From positions 14,785 through 78,784 of the forward strand of contig CAWJQD010000003.1 of NCBI GenBank assembly GCA_963844905.1: a stretch of 64,000 nt of DNA, read 5' to 3'. Under the pieces are notes generated by a model. That model was not told where the DNA came from, did no database searches, and saw only the letters and a program-made list of their open reading frames with translations. The DNA is from an uncultured Acidobacteriaceae bacterium (GTDB lineage Bacteria > Acidobacteriota > Terriglobia > Terriglobales > Acidobacteriaceae). Shown piece after piece: positions 1 to 9,999 of this stretch. The first letter of the stretch is position 1; every line of letters starts with the position of its first letter. A program made the position numbers and the translations under genes.

Positions 1-383
1 TGCCGCAGCATGAAGAACCACACGGCAATCAAAAGCACAAACGGGCCCGCATTGATCAGCAAGGGAATCAGGACGTTGTTTTGCGGTTCCTTGATGGAGA
101 AGTTGACCTTGGCGGCGATCATCGCCTTCAACAGGTCGTCATAATTCGACGGCAGCGTGGTGTGGAATTCATCCTTGGGCGAGGTCCTCAGGTAGCCGTG
201 AAGCTCGTCGCCCTGGATGGTGGCGCTCTGCACCTGGCCGCTCGTCACCTTGTCGTAGAGATCGGAGTAGCTATACTCCGCCTCTTTGCCCATGTTTGCG
301 CCTCTCTCCACCACGGCAAATAACATCACCAGGCAGATGATGATAAAGGCCCAAAACATGATTGTTTTAACGCTCGAATTCAC
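1..383 (-). CDS. ftsH: ATP-dependent zinc metalloprotease FtsH, N-terminal part (runs off the window start)
   Basis: Manual translation from GTG at 383 (GGAG 6 nt upstream): MNSSVKTIMFWAFIIICLVMLFAVVERG...SYSDLYDKV...LLIAVWFFMLRQ. This matches the FtsH TM1-periplasmic-TM2 N-terminus, and the gene lies directly downstream of tilS. Confidence 0.88.
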   Translation of the reverse strand, partial: MNSSVKTIMFWAFIIICLVMLFAVVERGANMGKEAEYSYSDLYDKVTSGQVQSATIQGDELHGYLRTSPKDEFHTTLPSNYDDLLKAMIAAKVNFSIKEPQNNVLIPLLINAGPFVLLIAVWFFMLR

Positions 384-616
384 CAATGTCTCCTTTTCTT
401 GGGTGAAGGAGAAATAGCTACCGCAACCCCAGTCGTCGATCCCTGGCCGGCGCCACTGTTTCTTAGACGCTTACGCGCCCGGTAAAGTGGCAAAAGTACA
501 CAACCCCTTAGCGACACGCATAGCGCGCCGCCTCAGGAGGAGTATCCAGATTGTACTCCCAAGGCTGAGAAAGTTGGAGTGATGCAAATGCTACGAAAGA
601 GTCAGAATCGTAGTCG

Positions 617-2116
617 TCACCTTGGCTCCGCTTTTGCCTCAGGAGACGCTTCCGCGCCGCTGCCACCTGTAGGAATAGACACCGAAATCGCCATCCCCGG
701 CTCCGGCTCCAGCTCTACGCCTCGCATCCATACGATCCGCCCGTCGACCTCCAGAACCGGCCAGACGGCGCGTTCGGTTCCCGTAACCCGCAGACGTTCC
801 AGCACTTCCTTCACTTTGCGTGAGCCCCCGGAGTAGCGGAGCCGGACCCGGTCGCCGGGCTTCCAGTTGCGCAAAGTGGCCACCTTGCCCAGAAGGCCAC
901 TGCGGCCATCCCGGCTCACCTTGGCCGCTGCCCCAGCCGGGACCCCAACCGAAAAATCGATCCGGAAGCGAAGGCCGAAGGCCGGGGCTTCGATCTCCCC
1001 CGGAATCGCCGCGCAGTACTCGGGAATAGCGGCTTGCGCCGCACCCTCGTTTGGGCCGGCCGCCGGTCCGGCCGTCAGGCGCAGCTCGCGCGCCGTCCTC
1101 TCCGCGCGTAAACCCTGCGGCAGCGTGAGCTTCTGCCCGGCCCGGCCGGTAAGAGCCAGAGCCCGCACCTCTTCGGTTGCCGCAAAATCGAGCGCCGCGC
1201 CGAACTGCTCTGCCGCATAGCGCACCAGCCGCCTTTGCATCGCCGGAGCGAGCGTAGCCAGCCGGTTCGCTTCGATGGCCAAACCCGCGCCGGAACCCTC
1301 GCCTGCAGCGCGTCCGCCTCCCCGCGCCGGACGCCCCGGCAGCAACAACTGCGGCGCCAGCCGTGCCAGCTCAGCCTGCCACCATGCCTCCTCATCGCGA
1401 GCTATGGCGGCCATTTGCGCCATGTGCTCGCGTAAACGCGGATTCCAGCCCTCCAGCAGCGGCAGCAACTCGTGCCGGATGCGATTACGGGTATAAGTCA
1501 AGTGGCGATTCGACGTGTCTTCGCGCCAATCCTGACCCAAGTCACCCAGATACGCCTCAATCTCGGTGCGGGTTGCGCCCAGCAGCGGGCGCACGATGCG
1601 GCCCTCGGAAAACTCCAGCATAGGATGGATTCCTGCCAGCCCCTCGGTCCACGCTCCGCGCAGGAACTTGGCCAGAACCGTCTCGGCCTGGTCATCGAGC
1701 GTGTGCGCCGTAGCGACTGCGTCCAGTGGAATTTCGGCCATCAGTCTGCGGAACCACGCGTAGCGCAGTCGCCGCGCGGCTTCCTCAATCGTCTCGGCAG
1801 CTTTGCCCGGCTGCGAATCCGCCTGCGCTTCCCGCGCCGTATCGACGCGCGCCTCGTGGAAGGGAAGGCCGAGCTTTGCCGCCAGCGCACGGCAAAAAGC
1901 GAGATCGCCGTCGGCTTCCTCTGCGCGCAGGCCATGGTGCAGGTGTGCCACGTGGAGCGCGAGTCCCAGCTCGCCGCTTCGCTCCGCCAGCAGACGCAGC
2001 AGGGCCACCGAATCCGCGCCGCCCGAAAGCGCAACAGCCACGCGCAATCCGGGCTTGAGCAGGGGAGTGTCGAGCGGCAGGCCCGCAGCGGATTGCGACT
2101 TGGGCAGACGGGGCAC
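617..2116 (-). CDS. tilS: tRNA(Ile)-lysidine synthetase
   Basis: PP-loop motif VALSGGADS, AHTLDDQAET, RNRIRH and a C-terminal TilS_C-like segment; tilS-ftsH synteny. Confidence 0.95.
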   Translation of the reverse strand: MPRLPKSQSAAGLPLDTPLLKPGLRVAVALSGGADSVALLRLLAERSGELGLALHVAHLHHGLRAEEADGDLAFCRALAAKLGLPFHEARVDTAREAQADSQPGKAAETIEEAARRLRYAWFRRLMAEIPLDAVATAHTLDDQAETVLAKFLRGAWTEGLAGIHPMLEFSEGRIVRPLLGATRTEIEAYLGDLGQDWREDTSNRHLTYTRNRIRHELLPLLEGWNPRLREHMAQMAAIARDEEAWWQAELARLAPQLLLPGRPARGGGRAAGEGSGAGLAIEANRLATLAPAMQRRLVRYAAEQFGAALDFAATEEVRALALTGRAGQKLTLPQGLRAERTARELRLTAGPAAGPNEGAAQAAIPEYCAAIPGEIEAPAFGLRFRIDFSVGVPAGAAAKVSRDGRSGLLGKVATLRNWKPGDRVRLRYSGGSRKVKEVLERLRVTGTERAVWPVLEVDGRIVWMRGVELEPEPGMAISVSIPTGGSGAEASPEAKAEPR

Positions 2117-2468
2117 GAGAGGATGATAGCGCGCCGGCGCCGGCCCGCCAGACCTTCAGTTTCTCGATACACGGTCCTGCTTCAAGTCGCAGTGAGTTCC
2201 ATCGCCGAACTGGTAACTTCCGAATCGCCGGTAACACGCCCGGAATCATGACGTCAATGCCTTGTCCATACAAGGTCACCGCTTCGTTTTGGCAGGCTAC
2301 GAGGTAGGCATAGGTACACGAGGGCATGGAGGGCAAGCCGGGTACTCGTTCCAATCCGCTCCACAGTCAGCTTGGGTGGGATGATATCTTCGATACACTC
2401 ATATCAGCAGCTTGAGGCCGCTCGGGAGTCAAGAGACAGCAGGGGCCTTCGCGCATCGAGGAGGAGTC

Positions 2469-3065
2469 GTGGATACCTTTCTTGAGTTGGAGAACCGACA
2501 CACGGGAGAGATCCTGCGGATGCGTCGAGCGCGTGACGTCGAGGGGCACACGATTCTGACCATCGATGGTTCGTTGCCCCCGGGAACGAGCGGCCCGCCA
2601 CCGCATGTGCATTTCCATGAGCGTGAGAAAGGGAGCGTCAAGGCGGGAACACTCGGAACCCGAGTCGGAAACAGAAAGATCGTTGTGCCAGCCGGAGGGA
2701 CCGCAGTCTTTCCTGTTCGGGTCGTTCACACTTGGTGGAACGCCGGGGAAGATATGTTGGAATTTAGCGGTCAGGTAATTCCGGTCGTTGACCTGGATCG
2801 CTACCTCCAGGCGATGTTTGCGGTTCTCAACGCCAGCGCATCCGGTAGACCGTCCATCTTCTACTTGGCCCACGTGTTGTGGCGGCACCGGCACACACAG
2901 GCAGTTGCAAGGCCTCCACGAGCCATTCAGCGGATCGTTTTTCCTTTGGTTGTGCTGGTCGGCTACACGCTGGGCAAATACCGGGGAGATGGCTGGCCCG
3001 GTTCACCCGCATCGTGCCCGGGTGCGCCGGAGGTTAACGCTGCGAATGCTCATCCCCTCCAATGA
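2469..3065 (+). CDS. Cupin domain-containing protein
   Basis: GPPPHVHFHERE cupin motif 1 and VVHTWWN motif 2. Likely GTG start at 2469 after GAGGAG; the ORF track start is 2412. Confidence 0.75.
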   Translation: MDTFLELENRHTGEILRMRRARDVEGHTILTIDGSLPPGTSGPPPHVHFHEREKGSVKAGTLGTRVGNRKIVVPAGGTAVFPVRVVHTWWNAGEDMLEFSGQVIPVVDLDRYLQAMFAVLNASASGRPSIFYLAHVLWRHRHTQAVARPPRAIQRIVFPLVVLVGYTLGKYRGDGWPGSPASCPGAPEVNAANAHPLQ

Positions 3066-3243
3066 GCGTCCTGTCCACGGAAGGACCGTGCCCGGCATCG
3101 AATTTGAGTTACCAGGGGATCATTGCTGGATCGTCGGCGATCCGGAAGTAACTTTTTTTATAGCATCAGTCTGACCAACGACCGAATGCATTGAATTCAG
3201 GCTCGCCGGCCGCAAGCCCGCCCAGTGCTATACTCGCAGAGCC

Positions 3244-3945
3244 ATGCAAGTCTTTGCCATTCTTCCCGCTGCCGGCCTGGGCACCCGGATGGCCGGCCCG
3301 CAGCCCAAGCAGTTTCTGGCGCTTGATGGTGTCCCCATCCTCATTCATTCGCTGCGCGCCTTTGCCGCGGTGCCGCGCGTGACGGCCATCTATGTGGCCG
3401 TGCGCAAACCGGAGATGGAGCGCGTCGAGACCCAGGTCGCCGAGTACGGCTTCGCCGGACGCGTCCGCGTGGTCGAGGGCGGCGACAAGCGCCAGGAGTC
3501 GGTGGCCAACGCACTCAACGCGCTCCCTGCCCTGCCTGACGACATCGTTCTGGTGCACGACGCCGTGCGTCCGCTCATCGACGCAGCCACCATCGAGCGC
3601 ACCATCGATGCGGTGGCCGAATACGGCGCGGCCATCGTCGGCCTGCCCGCCGTGGACACCATCAAGCAGGTGGAGCGCACCGCTCACGGAGCGCTGATCA
3701 CCGCAACCATTCCGCGCGAGTTTATCGTGCTGGCGCAGACCCCGCAGGGCTTCCGCTTCGGGCTGCTCCAGCGCGCCTTTGCCGAGGCCACCGCGGACGG
3801 CTTTATAGGCACCGACGAAGCCTCGCTCCTGGAGCGCGCCGGCCTTCCCGTAGCCGTCGTTCACGGTTCTCAGGTTAATCTGAAGATTACACAGCCGGGC
3901 GACCTGGAACTGGCCGAGTTCTATCTGCGGAAACGCACGCTCTAG
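3244..3945 (+). CDS. ispD: 2-C-methyl-D-erythritol 4-phosphate cytidylyltransferase
   Basis: AAGLGTRM..PKQFL, RQESV, LVHDAVRP and QTPQGF motifs. Confidence 0.96.
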   Translation: MQVFAILPAAGLGTRMAGPQPKQFLALDGVPILIHSLRAFAAVPRVTAIYVAVRKPEMERVETQVAEYGFAGRVRVVEGGDKRQESVANALNALPALPDDIVLVHDAVRPLIDAATIERTIDAVAEYGAAIVGLPAVDTIKQVERTAHGALITATIPREFIVLAQTPQGFRFGLLQRAFAEATADGFIGTDEASLLERAGLPVAVVHGSQVNLKITQPGDLELAEFYLRKRTL

Positions 3946-4016
3946 AGACGCCCCGATCAAACGGCAGAACAGCGACCGGGACGCCCGACCGTCAGGCACG
4001 GAGATCAAAGCGGATC

Positions 4017-4634
4017 ATGGACACACGCATCGGATTTGGCTATGACTCGCACGAATTCAAGTCCGGCGTGCCGCTGCGCCTCGGCGGCATGACGCTGGAC
4101 CATCCCGAAGGCCTGGCCGGCCACTCGGACGGCGACGTGCTGCTGCATGCCATCACCGACGCACTGCTGGGCGCCGTGGCCGCCGGCGACATCGGCAGTT
4201 TCTTCCCTCCCGGCGATCCGCGCTGGAAGGACGCCGATTCCGCCATCTTTCTCAATCTCGCGCTCGAAGAGCTGCAACACTCCGGCTACCGCATCGTCAA
4301 CATCGACACCACGCTGGTCCTTGCTGCGCCGAAGATTGCGCCCATCGCCGCCGAGATGTGCTCCCGGATTGCCGATCTCCTCGGCATCGGTATCGATCAA
4401 GTGAGCATCAAGGCCAAAACTCCCGAGGGCCTCAACCTGGATCGCGTGGCCCAGTGCCATGCCGTGGCCCTGGTGGAGCGCGTGCAGGAGCCGGAAGAGC
4501 TCAAAAGCATGAGCGAAGTCGTCGAGAGCCAGCGCCAGCTTGAGGACGTGGTCGACGACCTGCTCAGCTCTGTCCACGGCGTGCCCAAAAAGCGCATCAT
4601 CCAGCCCGTCTACGACACCGAGGACATCACCTAA
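4017..4634 (+). CDS. ispF: 2-C-methyl-D-erythritol 2,4-cyclodiphosphate synthase with acidic C-terminal extension
   Basis: RIGFGYDSH, GHSDGDVLLHAITDALLGA and GDIG motifs; follows ispD. Confidence 0.95.
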   Translation: MDTRIGFGYDSHEFKSGVPLRLGGMTLDHPEGLAGHSDGDVLLHAITDALLGAVAAGDIGSFFPPGDPRWKDADSAIFLNLALEELQHSGYRIVNIDTTLVLAAPKIAPIAAEMCSRIADLLGIGIDQVSIKAKTPEGLNLDRVAQCHAVALVERVQEPEELKSMSEVVESQRQLEDVVDDLLSSVHGVPKKRIIQPVYDTEDIT

Positions 4635-4749
4635 AGCCCGCTGCCACCATCCGGCCGCGTAAAACGGCCGCAAAGTTTTTCGTTGCGGATTCTCGCCGTT
4701 TGGCTTTACCTTGGCAGGGGATCCCTTGTCGCACCCTGGAGCGTACTGT

Positions 4750-5061
4750 ATGCACGAATTAGCGTTCTTCCTGCAAAACCAGCCCAGTCCCGAAGTTGTT
4801 CAGCGCATCTTGATGACGATCATACCCATCGTGCTCGCCCTCTACCTGGTCGCGATTGTCATCGTCATGATTCCGTGCTGGTTCATCCTGAAAAAGGCAG
4901 GCTTCACGCCATGGCTCGCACTGTTGTGTATCGTTCCCTCGCTCGGCACGCTGGTCCTGCTCTACGTGCTGGCCTTTGTTGAGTGGAAGGTTGTGCCGGC
5001 GCCTCAGGCCGCTTGGCCGCCGCCGCCCCAACCGCCGCCGCCGCTTCCGCCCCAGGCTTGA
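4750..5061 (+). CDS. Small membrane protein with Pro-rich C-terminus
   Basis: ATG at 4750, 2-3 hydrophobic segments, a KAGF..W..LL..VP pattern and a Pro-rich tail; host-like codon usage. Confidence 0.65.
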   Translation: MHELAFFLQNQPSPEVVQRILMTIIPIVLALYLVAIVIVMIPCWFILKKAGFTPWLALLCIVPSLGTLVLLYVLAFVEWKVVPAPQAAWPPPPQPPPPLPPQA

Positions 5062-5119
5062 GCCTCGGAACGCGGTCCGCAAGCGAGCCGTGCTGTAGCA
5101 TCGTGAATAGAACTTGACG

Positions 5120-6613
5120 ATGTTCGACACGACTCCCTCCGCATCTCCGCGCGTCCGTTTTGCGCCCTCGCCCACCGGCTTCCTGCACGTGGGCAGCGCC
5201 CGCACCTTTATCTTCAATTGGCTCTATGCCCGCCATAACCACGGAACCATGGTGTTGCGTCTGGACGACACCGATGTCGAGCGCAACACCGAGGCCAGTC
5301 TCCGGTCCATCTTCGAGGGACTGCGCTGGCTGGGTCTCGGCTGGGACGAAGAGTACAAGCAATCCGAACGCCTCGCCCTGCACCGCCAACAGGCCGAAGC
5401 CGTCTTCTTGAAGGGCCTTGCTTATCGCGACTTCACCCCCGCCCACTCGGGTGACGATATCCAGTCTTCCTCTTCGCAGGGCGCATGGTTGTGCAATCCA
5501 GGTATGCGCGATCTCTCCCGCGAGGAGAGCGACCGGCGCGCCGCCTCGGGTGAGCCGTTCGCTCTTCGCTATCGCGTGCCGCGCGGACACGGCCGGACTT
5601 TGCACTTCACCGATGGCGTTTATGGCGGGCAATCCAAGCTCGCCGACGAGGTGGAGGATTTCGCCCTGCTGCGGTCTGACGGATTGCCCACTTACCACCT
5701 CGCCTCGTGCGCCGACGACGCCGATCTCGGCATCAGCCACATCATCCGCGGCCAGGATCACCTCACCAACACCTTTAAGCACCTGCTCATCTTCGAGGCC
5801 CTCGGCGTCCCGCCGCCCCAGTTCGCACATCTTCCCCTGCTCGTCGCCCCCGATGGCGCCAAACTCTCCAAGCGCCTTCATGGCCCCGTGGTCAGCGTCA
5901 CCACCTATCGTGACGCCGGCTTCCTCCCCCAGGCCTTCGTCAACTTCCTCTGCCTCCTCGGCTGGTCGCCCAAAGACGACCGCCAGTTCCTTACTGTCGA
6001 CGAGCTTGTTGGCGCTTTCACTCTCGAAGGCGTCAACCGCGCCAACGCCGTAGTCAATTTTTCTGAAACAGCCTTGAGCTCTTCGGATTTCGCGCCATTC
6101 GATCCCAAAGCCGTCCATCTTAACGGCGAGCATATCCGCGCCCTGCCTATCGCCGAGCTCAGCCCCCTCCTCCAGCCCTTCTTTGAGCAGGCCGGTTTCC
6201 ATCCCTCGCCGGAAAAGCTCCTCGCCGTCGCCCCGCTCATCCGCGAGCGCATAAAACTCCTCAAGGACGCCGTCTCCGCCGCCGACTTCTTCTTTCTCGA
6301 TCAGCTCGCTCCCTACGATCCCGCCGAGCTGATTCCTAAAAATGGCGATGCCGCGCTCGCCCGCCGCGTGCTCCAACACGCCGAGCAGGTCCTCGCCACC
6401 ACCCCTTTCGATCACGATTCGTTGGACCAAGCCCTGCGCCAGGCCGCCGACCAGCTCGGCCTCAAGGCCGGTCAAATGTTTCAGCCCATCCGCGTCGCCG
6501 TGTGCGGACGCAAGAACGCGCCGCCGCTCTTTGAAACCATGGCCGTCCTCGGCCGCGACGTTTGCCTCGCCCGCATCCGCCAGGCCGAAGAAAGCCTGCA
6601 ATCGCTCGGTTGA
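5120..6613 (+). CDS. gltX: Glutamate--tRNA ligase
   Basis: [19 protein letters not shown] (HIGH), [13 protein letters not shown] (KMSKS) and an anticodon-binding C-terminus. Confidence 0.95.
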   Translation: MFDTTPSASPRVRFAPSPTGFLHVGSARTFIFNWLYARHNHGTMVLRLDDTDVERNTEASLRSIFEGLRWLGLGWDEEYKQSERLALHRQQAEAVFLKGLAYRDFTPAHSGDDIQSSSSQGAWLCNPGMRDLSREESDRRAASGEPFALRYRVPRGHGRTLHFTDGVYGGQSKLADEVEDFALLRSDGLPTYHLASCADDADLGISHIIRGQDHLTNTFKHLLIFEALGVPPPQFAHLPLLVAPDGAKLSKRLHGPVVSVTTYRDAGFLPQAFVNFLCLLGWSPKDDRQFLTVDELVGAFTLEGVNRANAVVNFSETALSSSDFAPFDPKAVHLNGEHIRALPIAELSPLLQPFFEQAGFHPSPEKLLAVAPLIRERIKLLKDAVSAADFFFLDQLAPYDPAELIPKNGDAALARRVLQHAEQVLATTPFDHDSLDQALRQAADQLGLKAGQMFQPIRVAVCGRKNAPPLFETMAVLGRDVCLARIRQAEESLQSLG

Positions 6614-6671
6614 CTACAGAACCATCCGTACACCGGGCGCGGCGAGCGGCCCTCGGCTTGAGGCGCGGGCG

Positions 6672-6713
6672 GTTTCATCCTGGGCCCCAAAAGGCGGGGC
6701 CTGGGGCGCCCGC
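6672..6713 (-). repeat. REP-like palindrome, family A (GGG-N-GCCCCA / hairpin / TGGGAGAG type)
   Basis: Reverse complement gcgggcgccccaggccccgccttttggggcccaggatgaaac resembles the copies at 8066, 12072, 12244, 26813, 58608 and 61092. Confidence 0.6.
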
Positions 6714-6760
6714 ATCATTTGCCAACGATCACGATGCGTAAAATCGGCTAGAGGTCCCAG

Positions 6761-7483
6761 ATGAACGACGAATCATTCGTCTTGTACAAATTCAGAGCGA
6801 TCAATAAACACCTGATCGAATCTTTGGTTAGCCAAAGCCTATATTTCGCCAGGCCCGACGCCCTGAACGACCCGTTCGACTGCCAAATCGATCTAAAAGC
6901 TGCCCTCAAACGAGCCGAATCGTCCGCCGCTGGCGACCGAAAGAGTCTTCTCTCGTCATTTTTAGGCAATCAGAAATTTTTCGATAATTGGAAATCTGTA
7001 GTCGATAATTTCGGCGTGTGTTCGTTCTCAAGAGAGAATCGGGATACACTGCTATGGTCACGTTATGCCGACGAGCACAGGGGCGTGTGCCTAAAATACC
7101 AATTCCGAGAGTCCTATTTCTTAACTGACGAATTCCAGTTTGCTGCTGCGGGTGACGTTGAGTACCTCGATGAGCCACTGACGGAGTGGCTGAAAAACGC
7201 GCCTACAGATATGGAGGATTTCGTTATAGGACTTATTCATAAGTACCTTAAAACAAAAAGCCTTGCTTGGAAGTACGAAAAGGAAGCGAGAATAATTCGA
7301 CGCGAACATGGCGTTTTCAAATTCAGCGAGCCAGTCTTGAATCAGGTCTGTTTCGGCTTACAAACGCCGGACGACGACATTAAACTCATTAAAGATTTGG
7401 CTCGGACGTACGCCGGTTGCACTGGGTTCAGTCAGATGGTCCGCGACGAAACAGAATTCGGATTTACGGAGAAAGCGCTATAA
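6761..7483 (+). CDS. DUF2971 domain-containing protein (accessory, AT-richer than flanks)
   Basis: LYKFR, LNDPFDC, LWSRYADEHRGVCL and K..AWKYEKEAR match the DUF2971 signature pattern. Confidence 0.8.
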   Translation: MNDESFVLYKFRAINKHLIESLVSQSLYFARPDALNDPFDCQIDLKAALKRAESSAAGDRKSLLSSFLGNQKFFDNWKSVVDNFGVCSFSRENRDTLLWSRYADEHRGVCLKYQFRESYFLTDEFQFAAAGDVEYLDEPLTEWLKNAPTDMEDFVIGLIHKYLKTKSLAWKYEKEARIIRREHGVFKFSEPVLNQVCFGLQTPDDDIKLIKDLARTYAGCTGFSQMVRDETEFGFTEKAL

Positions 7484-7502
7484 GCACGAATAGGGTCGGC
7501 TG

Positions 7503-8063
7503 GTGGGCCAGCGCTTGGCCGACCAAGGCCGGCTGGGACGCCGGCCCCCAGCCAAGGGGAGATTCCAGGTGAGACTTTCCATTGAGCAACTTCTCTACGA
7601 CCCCTGCGAGGGTCTCAACGACGACCCAACACCGCCTACTCACGTTCGCGAATGCTATGAAATCCTCGCAGGCCCTATGGTAAATCTTCCAATTCAAATC
7701 CAATGGAACAACGAGAGAATGGCTAAGGCCAAAGAGATAGTAGCTAGAGCCGATGAGAGAATAGCTAAGGCCAATGGGAGAAGAGCTAACACCAGTGGGA
7801 AACTGTCTAAAACCAGCCAGAGGGTAGTCAAAGCCAATGAGAGGATAGCTGAGGCCAATAAGAGAATAGCTGAGGCCAAAGCTTACCTTTGCGACGCCGT
7901 CGAACGGTGTAAGGCCACATACGGCGAAGCTGATACTGTCGTCGCCTTTGAGGCTCTTTTGGAAAAGCTGGGCACTCCAGCCATGAGTTGCCGAGAAAGC
8001 GGGGATCCCCGTAAGTCCGCACTTTTGCCGGCGGGTGACCTAAGTGTGACCACCTTAAAATGA
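7503..8063 (+). CDS. Hypothetical coiled-coil protein with 8 tandem heptads (start uncertain)
   Basis: 21-bp tandem repeats at 7713-7880 encode ERMAKAK/EIVARAD/ERIAKAN/.../KRIAEAK in frame. Confidence 0.55.
   Translation: MGQRLADQGRLGRRPPAKGRFQVRLSIEQLLYDPCEGLNDDPTPPTHVRECYEILAGPMVNLPIQIQWNNERMAKAKEIVARADERIAKANGRRANTSGKLSKTSQRVVKANERIAEANKRIAEAKAYLCDAVERCKATYGEADTVVAFEALLEKLGTPAMSCRESGDPRKSALLPAGDLSVTTLK
7713..7880 (+). repeat. 8 x 21-bp imperfect tandem repeat (consensus gagagaatagctaaggccaat)
   Basis: Units are directly readable starting at 7713 and every 21 nt up to 7860. Confidence 0.9.
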
Positions 8064-8065
8064 AT

Positions 8066-8110
8066 GGGTGCCCAGGTCCGGATTTTTGGACCTGGGAGAG
8101 TATCAACCTC
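8066..8110 (+). repeat. REP-like palindrome, family A
   Basis: gggtg-cccaggtcc-ggattttt-ggacctggg-agagtatcaacctc, a perfect 9-bp stem. Confidence 0.75.
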
Positions 8111-8124
8111 CCGCGCGGCTGATA

Positions 8125-8221
8125 TTGAGCGCAGCCCTTCCGTGAAATAATTAACCATAATCATGAGCAACGGAAATTCGGAATGCACGGAAACCCGCAC
8201 CCCTTCCAACTTCCTCCGCGA
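8125..8221 (+). pseudogene. Relic 1 of the glnS 5' end and upstream region
   Basis: ATG 8163 gives MSNGNSECTETRTPSNFLRD. aacttcctccgcga is identical to glnS 10163-10176, and cagcccttccgtgaaa is shared with relic 2. Confidence 0.7.
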
Positions 8222-8277
8222 TGCAACGCGCCGCGACGCATATTTATGGCGTCTGGGGGTGGCGACGCATTTTCCTG

Positions 8278-8832
8278 CTAGTTCTTCGTTGCGCTTGGCT
8301 TAGCCTTTACAAACTTCGCTTCCCAGAAGGGTGTCCACGTATCCCCGTCGGTCGAGAATTCACCCTTAGACGTGCCACTCATGAAGTCTGGCGTGCATAC
8401 GAATGTCTCCCGGTACTGATAAATCATTCCTTTAATTTCCAACGGGCCCGCCCAAACAAACGTGTTTCCCGAGATCGTCAACGTTCCCGAGTATCTGCTC
8501 CCATCCGACTGGTACCAGTCCGTGTCGAACTCCTTGTTTACAGGGTCGTATGATACGATGCCGATCACGTGCAACTCTCCCGCGCCGATTTTTTCGCTCT
8601 CTTCCACCTGCAGGAAAAAACCGCCCAGGATCGTGTGTGCGTCCCAGACGCCTTTGACTTTACCTCCGCCGCCCAGCGGTCCGGGCTTGTACTCTCCTTC
8701 GTACGTCCAATGTCCGACCAGCCCATTCAATTCCTTCAGTTCGGAATCAGGCTTGTGAAAGCTTGTTTGGGCTCGTAGCGGGGCAACGAGGCAAATGACG
8801 ATCAGCGATAACAGAAGACTGGTTCGTTGCAT
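8278..8832 (-). CDS. DUF1579 family secreted protein
   Basis: ATG 8832 with GGAGG RBS, a signal peptide (MQRTSLLLSLIVICLVAPLRA), and LVGHW...LGGFFLQ...SYDPVNK. Confidence 0.75.
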   Translation of the reverse strand: MQRTSLLLSLIVICLVAPLRAQTSFHKPDSELKELNGLVGHWTYEGEYKPGPLGGGGKVKGVWDAHTILGGFFLQVEESEKIGAGELHVIGIVSYDPVNKEFDTDWYQSDGSRYSGTLTISGNTFVWAGPLEIKGMIYQYRETFVCTPDFMSGTSKGEFSTDGDTWTPFWEAKFVKAKPSATKN

Positions 8833-9023
8833 GGCCTTCCTCCTTAGCTGATACGGCGCGGCAAATACGTCAAAGTGTGCGCAACTCGACAAGCGGCAGC
8901 GGCTCTTCCGTGAGGCAAAAGGGATTATAGCGCCTCCACCCATGCTACTGCGTTGCAAGCCAAACTGGGACCCATGGCGGTATAGTGCAGGAACGAGCGG
9001 CCGCATTCATCCATTACCAGTTG

Positions 9024-9268
9024 TTGAGCGCAGCTGCTCGGTTAAGCACAGCCCTTCCGTGAAAGAATATGGAAAAAGGCAGTTATGGCAACCCCAAATC
9101 CGGAAAGCCCGGACGTTCGCGCTATCGACGCTCGCATTCCCTCCAACAACTTCCTCCGCGACGTGATCGCCGAGGATGCGCACACCAGAAAGTTCCGCGA
9201 CGCCCAAATCCAGACGCGCTTTCCACCCGAGCACAACAGCCATCGTCATGCCAGGGCAAGATCATCGA
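9024..9268 (+). pseudogene. Relic 2 of the glnS 5' end and upstream region
   Basis: ATG 9085 gives ...[33 protein letters not shown], against gln[34 protein letters not shown]. The HIGH motif region is deleted or degraded. Confidence 0.9.
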
Positions 9269-9324
9269 AAAGTAGGAAATGGAGACAACTCCTCTTATCT
9301 CCCTCGAAGCCCTATGATTAGGTC

Positions 9325-9999
9325 ATGAAGAGTCCGATGGCAAAAATGTGGCTCAAGCTTGTCGTAACTCTGGTTCTTATGGGATTCGCTTTGTTCCTTG
9401 CGGCGGGGACTTTCAATTATTGGCAGGCGTGGATTTTTCTCGGAGTAGGCGGCGTAGCAAACGTCCTTCTCAACCTCTCCATGATAAGAAACCCGGCGCT
9501 TCTTGAAAACAGGAGCAAGTGGGGGCCGGCGGCAGAGAAACGAACCACCCAAAAGATCATCCTTTTATGCGCGATGATCCCGGCCTTCGCCACGTTTATT
9601 ATTCCCGCGCTTGACCGTCGTTTCGGCTGGTCAAACGTGCCTTATTGGCTTTCCATAGCGGGCTTCCTCTTGATCCTGACCGGCCTGCGGATGGTATTCA
9701 TCGTGTTCAAAGCAAACTCCTTCGCCTCCGCAACCATCGAGATCGTCAATCATCAAAAGGTGATTTCTACTGGTCCGTACGCCATCGTGCGGAACCCGAT
9801 GTATGCCAGTGCGGTAGTGTACTTGATTGCGACACCTCTGGCGCTAGGTTCCTATTGGGGGCTCATTGCGGCCATCCTCACGGTCCTCGGCTTCGTTTGG
9901 CGGCTCTTCGACGAAGAAAAACTCCTTGCTCAAGATTTGCCCGGCTATACGGAATATTGTGCCAAAGTGCATTGGCACCTGATCCCGGGTGTTTTCTGA
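9325..9999 (+). CDS. Isoprenylcysteine carboxylmethyltransferase (ICMT/PEMT) family membrane protein
   Basis: Multiple TM helices plus HQKVISTGPYAIVRNPMY and EE..L...LPGYTEY motifs. Confidence 0.88.
   Translation: MKSPMAKMWLKLVVTLVLMGFALFLAAGTFNYWQAWIFLGVGGVANVLLNLSMIRNPALLENRSKWGPAAEKRTTQKIILLCAMIPAFATFIIPALDRRFGWSNVPYWLSIAGFLLILTGLRMVFIVFKANSFASATIEIVNHQKVISTGPYAIVRNPMYASAVVYLIATPLALGSYWGLIAAILTVLGFVWRLFDEEKLLAQDLPGYTEYCAKVHWHLIPGVF

Noticed and set aside
2212-3152. Imperfect ~18-bp inverted match flanking the cupin gene (about 2212-2230 and 3135-3152) as IS terminal repeats
   Set aside because: No transposase remnant and no target duplication; the match is too short to support a call.
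4904-6601. Long antisense or overlapping ORFs (4904-6601 -, 19739-22093 -, 25628-27721 +, 32709-35411 -, 35913-37451 -, 30285-31079 + and many shorter ones)
   Set aside because: They are shadow frames of well-supported genes in GC-rich DNA and carry no recognisable motifs.
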